Shown: piece after piece, positions 33,410-47,200 of the stretch | Layout of the letters: the number at the start of each line of letters is the position of its first letter | Numbering within the stretch: position 1 is the first letter of the stretch | Assembly (NCBI RefSeq): GCF_009914755.1 | Contig: NC_060925.1 | Length of the DNA stretch: 64,000 bases | Origin: the human T2T-CHM13v2.0 reference genome, Homo sapiens | Direction: 5' to 3' (one strand) | Translations under genes and position numbers: made by a program | Notes under the pieces: model-generated | The model's input: only the letters and a program-made list of their open reading frames with translations | Told to the model about the DNA's origin: nothing | Database searches by the model: none

Positions 33410-33986
33410 TGATGGAGTTCAGGACATATCATTCCAAAATAAGACTCCAGGAGACCAGACTATGCCACCCCAAATATGCCTCTTTAGCATAAGAGTTATT
33501 TTCTACTAATTATTTTGGGCAATAGCAGACATAGGGGAAGTTCTGAAAACAGGAAGAAGAAGTTACCGTTTTCTCAGAGAAATATGTATCTACGAAGGAA
33601 ATCTCTAATTTGCAAGTATGTCTCCCTCTCTGTACCAGAAAGAGAAGGATGACTCTAAATCACTGGAAACTCTTATCAACAAAGAAGGTACAATCTACAT
33701 AACAAACCTTACCCTTGCTCACTGCTTTTCCTGACCACCTCTCTACAACGTGGCGGCTTTCCCTGCACCTTTCTGTCTTAGTTTCAGTTGAAGATGGTAT
33801 TTACACCTGAACTCAAAGCCACCTCTTGGAGAATTATTCATTCCATGGGTATCTCCCAGGTATACAGGAAGTATACATGTTAAAAAGCTTCCATTTCCCT
33901 CTTGTTAATCTGTCTTTTAATACAGGGGTTCATCTCAACTAAGAACTATGAAGCATAGAGAGAAAATTATTTTCTCCTCCCCTATA
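33410..33986 (+). mobile_element. MER34-family ERV1 solo LTR inside an old L1M 3' end
   Basis: ggagaccagactatgccaccccaaatatgcctctttagcataag...tttctcctccccta. Confidence 0.75.
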
Positions 33987-34994
33987 AGGCCCTGATATCT
34001 GGGCTTTATATCAAAATACTTCTGAGAAAAACAGAGATGGGACAGATGAAGCAAGTGTATAAAAGGATTATACTGTTCAATATCAGTGGGTGAAAAATAG
34101 GGGCTCATTAAGCTATTCAAATTATTCTCTATCTTGACATGTATTTTAAACATTTATAATAATGGTAAAACTAAAAGTTAAAAAAAAAAAACAACTTTTT
34201 CCATTGTCTTCCATTCTCCTCTACCATTTTTGCATTCCTATAACTTCACCCTTGATTTTACAACTGTTTTTAGTTCTAAATGGCTCATGAGAGGTTTAAA
34301 TTTTAAATATTTCTCCTGGAAAATGAAACTAGTCCCTTTACTACCACCTCTATTTCCAACTCTCTCCCTTAATTTCTAAAAGCAAGCATATACTTTTAAG
34401 AAGGCCTAAGGAGTTAGGTGTCAATGGCCCTAATCCAAAGACTCACTATGCAATAGATTTAACAGAAATTAGAGAGAATAGTGGGTAACTACTTTAAAAG
34501 ACAGAAAAGAAATACAACAAGGATAATGCCTATATGGCTACTTATTAACAGAACAAAAACTCTATAAAGGAAATCTCTAAGACATTTCAGCATTCCTTCT
34601 TGCCTATATAACTATGTTTCTTGAATTCTCTTTTGAACTAGTTGTAACATATTACAGTTTCCCTCATTAATGAGTTAAATAAAATCTCAGAGATGTGTTC
34701 ATTTTATATTTGAATGATTCATGATTTCATCTTTTAAAAAAATTATTCTTTAATTCATTTCATTTCCTTTCACAAACACTGCAATGGAAATTGGATTCTG
34801 ACTAGTTTTTGAAGTGTTCTAAAGTAAATAAGTATAAATAACTGACGTAAATAATTTAAAGTAAATACAAAAAATTAAAAATTAAGGCCACCTTGACATA
34901 GGACAATTATCCTCTGGAATGATAAAATAATTAGAAAAGGTTTTCAAACAAACCTATAAAAACATTTTATAATCAACCATTCCTAAAATATGAA

Positions 34995-35415
34995 CATGAT
35001 AAAATCCTACCATTTGTAACAGTATGGATAAATCTGGAGGACATTATGCTAAGTGAAATAAGCCAGGTACAGAAAGAAAAATACTATACAGTCTCACTTA
35101 TATATGGAATCTAAAAAAGTCCAACTCAGAGAAATTGTGAGTAGAATAATGATTACCACAGGCTGGGGATCGGGGAGTAGGAATCAGGAGGTGTTGGTCA
35201 AAAAGTATGAAGTTTTGCCAGCCAGGGCAACACAGCAAGACCACATCTCTACAAAAAAAAAAAAAAAAAAAAAAAGGCCAGGCATTGTGGTACATTCCTA
35301 TAGTCCTAGCTACTCTGGAGGCTGAAGTGGGAAAATTGCTTTAGCCCAGGACTTCAAAGCTGCAGTGAACTATGATTCCACCACTGCACTCCAGCCTAGG
35401 GAACAAAGCCAGACT

Positions 35416-35466
<51 letters not shown>

Positions 35467-35760
35467 GATAGATATTAAAAAGTATAAACTTTCAGTCAGG
35501 AAAAGTAGCTTCTGGAGATCTACTACACAGCATTGTTACTACAGTTAATAAAAATGTACTGTATATTTGAAAATTGCTAAAAGAATAGATTTTAAACATT
35601 CTTGCCACAAAAAGTAAGTATGTGAGGTGATTAATATCTTAGTTGGTTTGATTTAACCATTACACAATGTATACAGATATTGAAACATCATGCTGGACTC
35701 CATAAATATATAAAAAATTTTAAAAATTAGTTAAAGTAAATAAAAAATAAACACTTGTAT
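34995..35760 (+). mobile_element. L1MA 3' end containing a 5'-truncated AluJ (approx. 35218-35416)
   Basis: ggaggacattatgctaagtgaaataagccagg...aaaattgctaaaagaatagattttaaa; AluJ-type right arm. Confidence 0.85.
35417..35474. repeat. (TAGA)n tetranucleotide STR, about 14 units, derived from the Alu tail
   Basis: Direct reading; one TAAA interruption. Confidence 0.95.
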
Positions 35761-37344
35761 TGAAAAAAAAACTGGCTATATTTATTCCCAGTAACAACTA
35801 AAGTATTTATGAAACAACTGCTAATACACATCAGTATTCTGACAGGTATTACATATCAAGTAAAACATCAACTACTTATTCACAAAAAGTAAAAGTAAGT
35901 TTAAAAAAAGAAGAAAAAAATGGACAAAAATTAATGCCAGAGAGTCTTCACGACTGGATTAAAAGCTTCCTTTGAAAACAGAAAGCAAGACATTTCAAGA
36001 GGGAAAAAAATCACCTCTATTTTTAGCATGTTTTTCTAAAATATCATTACTTTCCCCTTTCCCCTCAAAAGCAATTTTTTCTAATAGCCCATTCATTTCA
36101 GCCTCAAGTAGATACACATCACATGCACCATAATATTTTTTTTAAGGGTTTAGACAATGTTACTGTCAGGCTTCCTGGCTTTATATGATTCAGAAGCCAA
36201 TTCAATTACAGCAGCTGCTATGATATTTGCCTTTTCCTCAACACTCTCTATGTCAGACAAAATGAAATTCTGTAAGGTGAACAGTGTATGTTTGTGTACA
36301 CTGGCCAACAACGACATTTCACTTCAATGTTAAACACTCATGTTTTCTGCTCATGAGATGTATAATATTAATGATTTATTCATTTACTTTGTCCAATTAT
36401 AAACGTGTAAGAATGATTTACACGAGTTCAAACCCCTAGCTTCCTGAAAGTATAAAGGATTCAAAATAAAATGAGATTAATATGAATGCAGCCACCAAGT
36501 GATTCTGATATCTAAAAATTGAATGAAGTGAATTTGATAAAGATTTTTTTAAGTTTCTGAATAAAGCCAGTATTGAAAGCTCTAAAAACATTTAAAAATA
36601 TATCCTATTCAAATTATGACTATAAACATAACCATAAACAATGAGTAAGTTCAAATTAAATATTTTTCCTATACATTCTATCATTCTCCATACCCTTCAC
36701 CCAACAAAGAGGGGATGGTGGAGAGAAACAGGGTTGGTAAGTGAAGTGGAGAATAAGAAATTCAGTCTAAATGTTTTCAGTTTTAAAATAAATCTTTGAA
36801 GCAGATTTCTCTTATTCACATCTATTCATATTTTATAACAATCTTCATAGAAAAAAGTTAAATAAGGTGTCTCTTTCAACGACAAATTATAATATACATA
36901 AAGTCTGAACAGTGTAACTATAATTTTAAAACTGTCATACTATTAAACATCAACAAATTGATACAACATCTGCTCTTCATTTTTTCACCCAAGTTGTTAT
37001 GATAACCAAAATATGTGGAATATGTGTTTAACTGATTATTTCAAGTAAATAGAATTATAACATATCAGCTTATTAACTACAAGTAATATTGCTACAAACC
37101 TGTATTTATCCTTTTTAAATGCTAATGGATCACAAGATTATATTTAGGCAATTTATACATGTTTTATCTTGAAATTCACATTTAAAAAAGCAAAGGTTTG
37201 CTTTTTTTTCTAATGTGATGGGTTATCTTGACTTAAAGCAAGAAAGGAACTCATCTATTTTCTGAACAATATATTATGCTAAAATGATCCAAAATTATAT
37301 TATGGTACTGTTTTGCAGGAGCTGTAGATCACATCATTTTCAAA

Positions 37345-38030
37345 CATAAGTGACCTTGTCACTCCTCCAGTCCTCTGCTCAAATCCCTCCACTATTGTCC
37401 CATCTCTGTGAACAAAAGCCAAAGTCCTTACAGGGGCGATAAGGCCCACGCCCTCCCCCTTCCCTTGCTCACCCCATTCCACCCACACTGGTTTTCTTCT
37501 TGTTGCTCCTGCCCCACAGCCTTGTACTCTTCCCCAAGACAGCCACAAGCCTGGTTCCTTCACTTATTTCAAATCTGTGTTCAAGTGTCAGCTTCTCAAT
37601 GAAACCTTCTTTGACTGCTGAAGGACCCCATTTTACACTGCTATTCCTGCACCCCTCCCATCTCTGCTCACACATAACTGTGTGCTAAGGACTCATGTGT
37701 TCCTCTAAAATTCATATTTTGAAGTCCCAACCTCCAGTGTAACTGTATTTGGAAATAAGGCCTAAAAGGAGGTAACTAAGGTTTAATGAGGTCTGAAGGG
37801 TGGGGCCCTGATCGAATAGGATTAGTAGCTTTATAAAAAGAGACATAAGAGAGCTGCCTCTCCCTCCTCACTGCCCCCCACTCCCGCCCCCAGCACCAAA
37901 TTTATTATCTGTCTCCCTTTACTGCAGAATAAGCTTCATGAGGACAGGGATTTTTGTCTATTTATTTCACATCACCTACAACCTGGCATATAACAGATGA
38001 CTGATAAATACTTGTTGAATGCATAAAGTG
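37345..38030 (+). mobile_element. L2 LINE 3' part with an inserted partial MLT1/MST LTR (approx. 37680-37870)
   Basis: cttgtcactcct...ctgctcaaatccctcc...ataaatacttgttgaatg; MaLR segment aaaattcatattttgaagtcc...gggtggggccctgatc. Confidence 0.7.
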
Positions 38031-39433
38031 TAAATTTAAAACATTTTAAAAGTTGATAAGCTACAGTAAGAAACAATACATTTTTGTGATGATATGCAAG
38101 GGATCCAATAAGAAATAAAAATATACAATCTTCAATAAGCTAAAGTTTAAAAATCAAAATGATCAAAATTTGTGTTCTAATCACAGACCCACAGAATCCT
38201 GCTTTCTTGGTTTCCTATTTGCTTTCTTGATTTCCTATGAATCTGATCCAACACAGGCTCTGTCTTCCTCCCACCCATTAAATGTGGAAAATATGCAATA
38301 CTGTTACTTTGATCTTTTTCTCTAATCACTTCCTACGTGAACTCATCCATTCTCATTGCTTCAACTATCACTTCTTTTTAGATGACTCTGAAACTCTGAA
38401 ATCTTCATCTCTGGCCTGGATTTGTCTGTGCTCTCTAGTGCTGTATTCTCAACTGCCTTTGAGGGGAACATAACTTCACCATACTGCTAGAGATGTCAAA
38501 GGACAGGAACCTTAGGTAGAACATAACATACTCACTAGAGCATGCTACATAAAATATAATTTCAAAATGTAGTAGTAGTATACAGACTCACATAATTCTA
38601 TATACTGCCTGAGAAACTGCCTTCTTTCATTATATGTCAGAAATTAGACTACAATAATAGGGAATTCCAATCTTTGAGTTATGACTGTATATTCTAATTA
38701 ACAATATACCCTTGTACTATCAGTTTCACTTCAACCACTGAGTTATTCCCAATATTGCAATAGAGTTTTATTACTTTCAAATTGAATTTAATCACTTGGG
38801 GTGGGGAATATAAGAAATTATATGAGGTTTTCAAATTAAGTTTCTGAACTAGGATAGTTTATTTTTAGAAGAAAAATGTCTCACGTCTTTGTCTTCATCA
38901 TTTGCTCCCAAATAAAATTTGTTTCTCTAGCCATTTTTCTTCCTACTCACTAATCAATTCATTATTATTTTAAAGACATCTCTAAAGCACAGTTTTTACC
39001 TCTCCGAAGATGCTCAGTAATTTGATGATGAAATGACAACTCAGAATTTAGGAGTCTTCACATGAAAAGTTGGCTAACAGAATTTATTATCCAATTAAAC
39101 AAACCACATATTTTTAGAATTTCATTGAGCGAAAATAAAAAGAAAAAAAATTCAAGAGAAAATCATATTGTTATCATTGCTTTAGAGACAGGCCCAGGCC
39201 TCCCAGGGTGCGATAAAGTCCCAGGGGCCTTGGATAGCACAAAGGACCCTCTTATAGTCAGTGATCCTCAGTACAAGTCAGTTACTGAAGAAATACATAA
39301 TGTCCCATGCCTATACTACCCTTTTAAGAGGAATAATTACTACATATTATATCAGGTAAATTTCACTGCTATTTCTTTCTCAAATTTTTTTTTCAAATTA
39401 AGAATACAAATGAAATCTAGTTAAGATAGCTGC

Positions 39434-39801
39434 TGATATAGAGTGAATGTCTGTGTCCTGTCAAAATTTATATGTTGAAATTCCAACTCCCAATGTGATG
39501 GTATCAGGAGGTAAGCGCCTTTGGGAGGCGATTGTCATAAGGGTGGAGCCCTCATGAATGGGTTAGCACCCTTTTATAAAAGAGGCTTTTGAGAGCTCCC
39601 TTGCCCCTTCTACCATGTGAGGTTACAAGGAGAAGATGGCTGTTTATGAGCTGGGAAGTGGGCCCTCACCAGACACCAAATCTGTTGGAAATTGGATCTA
39701 AGATTTCACAGCCTTCCAAACTGTGAGAAGTAAGTTTCTGTTGTTTATAAGCCACCCAGTCTATGGTATTTTTATTATTGCAACCTGAACAAACTAAAAT
39801 A
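39434..39801 (+). mobile_element. MLT1A-like MaLR solo LTR
   Basis: tgaatgtctgtgtcc...gggtggagccctcatgaatggg...ataagccacccagtctatggtattt. Confidence 0.85.
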
Positions 39802-39859
39802 GGTGTTAAGAAGCCATGCTTGGCTGTCCTCAATGCTCACAAAAGGCACGAAGTATGCC

Positions 39860-40650
39860 TAAATTACCAACAAATCCTGTCATCACTCCTTTCAAAATAT
39901 ATCCAGAATCTGACTGATTCTTTCCCCATTTTCTGCTACCAGATATCTTGGTCCAAGCCACCATCATCTCCTACCAGGATTATGAGAGTCTCCTAAAAAG
40001 TCTCCCTGACTCCACCGTTGCCCCACTAGTCTACTCCACACAATAATGCCAGTGATCACAATAAAACATGAGTCAAATCAAGTCACTCCTCTGCTCAATA
40101 TCCTCAACTAGCTTCTCCTATCACTTGAAGTGAAAGTCAAGTCCTTACAATGGCTTAGAAGATCCTGCGTGGTCTGGTCCCCTTTCACCTCATCTTGAAC
40201 TGTTCTTCCCTTCCCTTACTCCATTCAGCCCCAATGTCTTCCTTGCTATTCCTTGAACACATCAAACATACGCTGACTTTAGGTTCTCTGCATCAGCTGC
40301 TTCCTCAGCCTAAAAGGCTCTCTCTCCCTCCACACAGCTAAAGGACTTGCTCCCGTGCTTCCTTCCGGATTCTGATTAGTGAGGCCTTCCTTGACAACCG
40401 AACATAGACTAGTACCCCTTCTCTGCTGCCCACCCCTCTCTAATACCTTTAATCTGCTTTATTTTTTCCCAAGGTACTTATTATTGCTTGGCATACTATA
40501 TGTTTGTTTCTTATTTGCATTACCTAACTAGAATGTTAACTCCAAGAAAACAGACTGTTTTGTTCCTTGCTCATTCCCCAGCAATAGAACACAGAATAGT
40601 AGATTAATCAATAAGTATCAATAAATATCGATCTACCTAATGAATGAATA
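39860..40650 (+). mobile_element. L2 LINE 3' part
   Basis: ttcaaaatatatccagaatctga...ggtccaagccaccatcatctc...aatgaatgaata. Confidence 0.8.
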
Positions 40651-40853
40651 AATCTTGCACTAGAGTTTCTTATCCCAAACTAGAAGCAGATTCATCTTCC
40701 TTCAAACTGCATACCGTTTTTATTTTTCTTATGATAAATCATATCCTTGTACTAATAATCATTTTTTATGTATCTTAGCATCCTGTAAATATCAAGAACC
40801 ATATCTTATTCCTCTTTGTATCCCCCACATCTAGCATCATTTCTTTCTTTTAA

Positions 40854-41195
<342 letters not shown>

Positions 41196-42005
41196 TAATA
41201 CACCTGGATCTGTTGTGCTATGCCTTAGCACATGGCCCAGTACCAATTCTTAAATTGCTAAAAAATGTTCCGCTTTCATAACAAGCCACCAAATTTAATA
41301 CAAGTGAGATAGAAGAGAGCGTGTAACGTGGCTCAGAGATGCCTAACATCCATTTTGTCCTGATATGGAAACCATAAAAACATTCTGAATGATGTCAACA
41401 AATCAAAAGATTTTCAGAGGATACTGAAAACTACTTGGCAGAAAGCCGCCTCAGCTTGACCCACTTATGAATTCTACAGAAAGAAAAGCCAGAGAGCAAA
41501 TGCTTCACTCTTATCTTCATAAAGAAATAAATAACCAGAAACAAACATGAAGATTTTTTTTCCTAAAAAAACAAATTCCAGTACCACTACTACAATTAAT
41601 ATCCACTTGACCCAAAACTTCTGTACAACTCATTAACTGGTATTTTTAACAAAAAGCTTAAATCACCAAGGAAAGATTAAATTATCATCAACATGTTTAA
41701 AAAACTTAATATGCCTTGAGTTTTAAACTTTCATCAAGTCAGTTAAAATTAAAGTCTCATACTAAAGGAGTTAAACCTTCACTATTAAGAAAAGTCAACT
41801 GTACATAGTAATTTATTCTCCAAGACTTGTGGACAAGCAGAATTTTGCTTTTCAGTCAAATTCTGTGACAACTGATAATCCATAATTATAGTAATCAAAA
41901 TAGTTAATAGGCTAGAACTCTCTTTTACTAAGCAAAAGAAGTGACAGCATTAAAAATAAATGATACAGTAAAAATAATGTCCCGCCTTCTACGGTGTCAG
42001 CTCAC

Positions 42006-42155
42006 CTGAGGTATAAGTCTATCCAAGTACTCAACTCGATTGCCATGAGAAGGGTGTGTAGATAACCATTCTGGCATCTTGGGTTGGCCATGCAGGCTAT
42101 CAACGAACTCCATTTGCTGCCAAAACACTGAACTGGCTCTTATGTCTGCACAAGC
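42006..42155 (-). CDS. OMA1: OMA1 penultimate coding exon, 150 nt, [50 protein letters not shown]
   Basis: Acceptor ttttggttttag|GCT and donor CAG|gtgagc; open frame with the M48 family LSTHPxxxxR motif. Confidence 0.96.
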
Positions 42156-42220
42156 CTAAAACCAAAATTAGTAAAACCACACAATGAGCTCAGTTTTGAG
42201 GATTTTTTAAAAACTACTAC

Positions 42221-42368
42221 TTTATTTTTTTTTAATTCTATTATAATTATACTTTAAGTTTTAGGGTACATGTGCACAACGTGCAGGTTTGTTACATACG
42301 TATACATGTGCCATGTTGGTGTGCTGTACCCATTAACTCGTCATTTAGCATTAGTTATATCTCCTAAC
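42221..42368 (-). mobile_element. Heavily 5'-truncated young L1PA 3' end (sense to OMA1)
   Basis: tatactttaagttttagggtacatgtgcacaacgtgcagg...ctcgtcatttagcattag; candidate TSD actttat. Confidence 0.9.
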
Positions 42369-44270
42369 AACTTTATGTCACTACATGCTTTAAAGTCATT
42401 TTCTATCATCACTTTAATAAAAGTAGAACATGCCCATTGCTTAGAAAAAGACCCACCTCAAACAACATGGTATCACAGTACTGAAATAACAGAATGCCTG
42501 CCCTTCCCATATACAACATTCACAATAACCCTGCTAACCAAAGATAGCCCACTATTTTCAGTATGATGGATATTAAGAACATGTATTAAGGGTAAAATCT
42601 TTTACACAAATTAAAAATTCTGTTTTCATAAAGTTTTAAAATATAATGTTATTAAACTGTATTAAAGAAACTTTACTTCTATGCCACTAGAACAATCAGA
42701 AAAAAACTTCAAATAAACATAAAGAGATGACATGTTTATTATGCACATCAATTTACCCAATTTTCTCAATGTATATGGACAATATATTTAATTCATATAC
42801 CTTATAAAACACAATACCTTATAAAAGTACAATATAAAAGTACATTAGTACTTTTTAAAAGAATATATGTAGATCTTGTGTATGTACAATTCCATCATAC
42901 ACTCATATACATACTCATACGTATATACTTGTATATGCACAGAACATATCTGAGAAGCTATTTAAGAAGCTGTTAACTACCCTAAGAATGTACCTGAGGT
43001 ATCTGATAGTGGAGAGGGAGCAACACTTTTATTTCTGAACTATATTAAAATACATTATTTTATAATTAAAATTATTTTTAAATCCTCCATAAGGTGGATT
43101 ATTAACAAATATTTTATTAATTTGTTCAATTTATTCACATTTCTTAACTTATTCTTTCTATAATAAGTAACTGGAAAACAAGTGGTTATATTTCCCAATG
43201 ATTTTATTTTTGATTAAAACTAAGAAAAAATATATATACTATACTGACTAAAATGTACTCTCAAAAAGATTTATAATAGTGTAATTGTGAAACCCCAAAA
43301 GGCAAATATATTAATAGAACACTGCATGCTAGTCAACAACCATGCTACATCATTTCTTAACAAATACCATTAAAGCATTTCCAAATGTTAGCAAAATAAA
43401 AAATTTTAAATTCAAGTAAATCTTATTCAATATTTAAAGAAATATAATTCCTTAAGACCTCTGAGTATTCTAAGTTGAAAAGAATTCAAGGTACTTTATA
43501 CACTACTGCACAGATATGGATATACATGTTTATATGTATATAAACAGGAATATACAAGATAAATGTATATAACAAACATAAATATTATTCATGTTTATAC
43601 ACATATAAATACATATCTATATATGCAAGATGTGTGTGTGCTTATGTGTAAAATATGTATGTAACATATGTATCTATAAAGAAATAATTATTTGATGCTG
43701 AATTAGAAACACCCAGAGGACTATGCCCCTCAATAATAGGTAATCACATTCACAATAAAAATACAGGCTGAGATTAACAAGTATTCTTCTCAAATAATTC
43801 ATAAAAATATAAAATGACTTGAAAGAATTCTAACACAAACAAAAAACCCCTCTGAAAACTGGAAGATAAACATTTGAATGGACTACAAATTCACGAATTA
43901 TCTAACATGAAGTTTGTCTGCTACACAAACCAAAGGCATACTTATCTAATTTTTTTAGCCTAAAACTGTTAATCAAAAGACAAAATATTTCCCTATTCAA
44001 TCTCTAAGTAACACAGCTGAAGGGAATCTTTAAAGCAATATTTGATATGCAGAAATAGAAAAAGAAATTAATTATCCCTACAGACTAGAAAGTATTCCAA
44101 GCTAAAAGTATTAAAAGGGGACTTGAGATATCTACTTTAATGTTAAGATAAGAGTGTTGAGTTTGTCTGTACTTCTCAAACCCAGTTCAAAGAGCCACTA
44201 AAGTCAGATAATTTTGTTTCCAAAATGAGTATTTTATTTACATTTTTCCAATTTAGGAAAAATAAGTAAC

Positions 44271-47200
44271 AGGTTGACATCAGCAAGATGGAAGAATAGG
44301 ACGCCCTAAACCCTCCTTCCCCACATGAACACACTGATTCAACGATAATATACGAATTCCCTTTGTGAGAAATCCTGAAACTAGGTGCAATGCTTCTGCA
44401 CCTGCACAAGTACGAAATGAACAACATCAAACCTGGCAGAAGACTGGAGACACCCTCTTGCCATAATCTGCGAGAGCAATTATGTACCCCCAATACAGCA
44501 CCATATGATCATAAGAACACCTGCAGCTCCCCACCACTCCTTGGGGAAGGAAAAACTTGGCTTGTGTATCTAACATTCCAACTTTTCTAAGAGCTGCCCT
44601 AGGAACTGGCTTCTGTCTTGCCAGCCTTGTAGCACTGATGGAATCTAAAACGCCCTAGATATCTAGGGGCCAGTGATAATGTGACAGAAGTTTGAACAAG
44701 CACACAAGCAGTTGCCATGACCACTCCCTGAAGCTCAGCATGAAATGAGTTGGAGAGAAACTCCAGAGCCCAGCTTCTCCTGGGGCAGGGCTCGGGAAAG
44801 AGGTAGATCACGTGTCCAACATTCTAACATTTCTGAGGGCTGTCCAAGGGACTGGCTTCTGTCTCATCTGTCTTGTAGCACTGATAGGACCCAGCATATG
44901 GACCAGATGGACCAGACAGGACCCTAGACACCTAGGCACCACTAAGAACAAAGACAGCACTTTGGACTAGCATGAAGGTTTGAGAGGTTCTGGGAATCTC
45001 TGCTGTGCTGACTGGTGAAGATCTTCTCCTGTACAAAGACAGTCTGTAAAGGCTAAGAGGTTGCTGTTTTTTCCTAATGTGTAGATATCAACAATAAGAG
45101 TGAAAAAAATAAACAGAGAAATATGTACCAAAGGATGAAGATAAATCTTCAGAAACTGACCCTAATGAAAGAGAAATATATTACTTATCTAACAAGAGAA
45201 TTCAAAATAACCATCATAAAGACACTCAAAGAGGTCAGAACAATGTACGAACAAAGTGAGAATTTCAACAAAGACACAGAAAATGTAAAAAAGTACTAAA
45301 CAGAAATTCTGAAGCACACTCCTAAACAACATACTCCTGAACAGCCTATGGGTCAAGGAAAAAAAAAACAAAAAGAAAATGATTTTGAGACAAATGAAAA
45401 TGAAAACACAATATAACAAAACTGATGGGATACAGCAAAGGCAGTTCTAAGAGGATGGTTTATAATGATAAACACCTACATTAAAAAAAAAAAGAAGAAA
45501 GCAAGCAAATAAACTAACTTTATACCTGTAAGATCTACCAAAAAAGAAAAAAAAAAAAGGACTAAGCCCAAAGTTTACAGAAGGAGGGAAATAATAAAGA
45601 TTAGAGCATAAATAAAGAAAACAGAGAATAAAAAAATAGAAAAAAATTAAAACTAAGAGCTTTTTGGGGAAAGATTTACAAAACTGACAAGTCGTTAGAG
45701 TAAGAAAAAAAAAGACTTAAGTGAACAAAATCAGAAACAAAAGAGGACACATTACAGCATACCATTGTAACTGATACCATACAAAGGATCATAAGAGACT
45801 ACTCTGAACAATTATATGCCCACAAACTGGATAACCTAGAAGAAATGGATAAACTCCAAGAAATATACAACCCACTAAGACTGAAAAAGAAATAGGAAAT
45901 ATGAACAAATCTATAACTAATGAGATTGAGTCAATTATAAAAAACCTCCCAACAAAGAAAAGCCCAGAACCAGATGACCTCACTGGTGAATGCCACCAAA
46001 AACATTTAAAGAATTAATGTCAATGACTCTCAAAGTCTTCCAAAAAATTGAGGAGGAGAAAACACTTCCAAACTCATTTTATGAGGCCAGCCATTACCCT
46101 GATACCTATGCCAAAGACACTACAAAAAAAAATTACGGGCCAATATCCCTGATGAACATAAATACAAAAATTCTTAACAAAATACTAGCAAGCCAAATTC
46201 AAGATCATATTAAAAGGATCACACCTCATGACCAAGGAGGATTTCTTCCTGGTAATCAAGAATGGTTCAACACACAAAAATCAATTAATGTGATATACCA
46301 CATTAACAGAATAAAAAAACACATGATCATCTCAATAGATGCAGAAAAAGCACTTGACAAAATTAAACATCCTTTCATAATAAAAACTCTCAAACACTAG
46401 AAATAGAAAAAAATTATCTCGACATAATTATAGCTATATATGAAAAGCCCACAACTAGCATCACACTTCATGGTGAAAAACAAAAATTTTTTCCTCTAAG
46501 TCTAGGAACAAGGCAAGAATGACCAATCTTGCCACTTCTCTTCAATACAGCACTGGGAGTCCTAGCCAGGGCAATGAGGCAAGAGAAAGAAATAAAAGGC
46601 ATTTAAATCAGAAAGAAAGAAGTAAAATGATTTGCAGATGATATGATCTTATAAGTAGAAAACTAAAGACTCCACACACACAAAAAAAAACCCTGCTAGA
46701 ACTAATAAATAAATTCAGTAAAGTTAGTATACAAAAATCAGCATACAAAAGTCAGTTATGTTCTACACACTAACAACAAACTATCCAAACAGGAAATTAA
46801 GAAACAATTCCACTTACAGGAAAATTAAAAAGAATAAAATACTTATTAAACCAAACTAAGGAGGTGAAAGCCTTCTACACTAAAAAGTATCTAAAAAAAA
46901 ACTGATGAAAGAAATTAAAGACAACTCAAATAAATGGAAAGACATCCCATGTTCATGGATTGTAAGACTTAATATCGTTAAAATATCCATACCACCCAAG
47001 GTGATCTACAGATTCAATGAGATCTCTATGAAAATCCCATTGGCACTTTTCTTATAGAAACAGAAAAAACGATCCTAAAATTCACATGGAACCACAACTA
47101 ACCCCAAATCGCCAAAGCAATCTTGAAAAAGAGTAAGACTAGAGGCATCATGCTTCCTGATTTCAAAATATATTACAAAGCTACAGTAATTAAAACAGTA

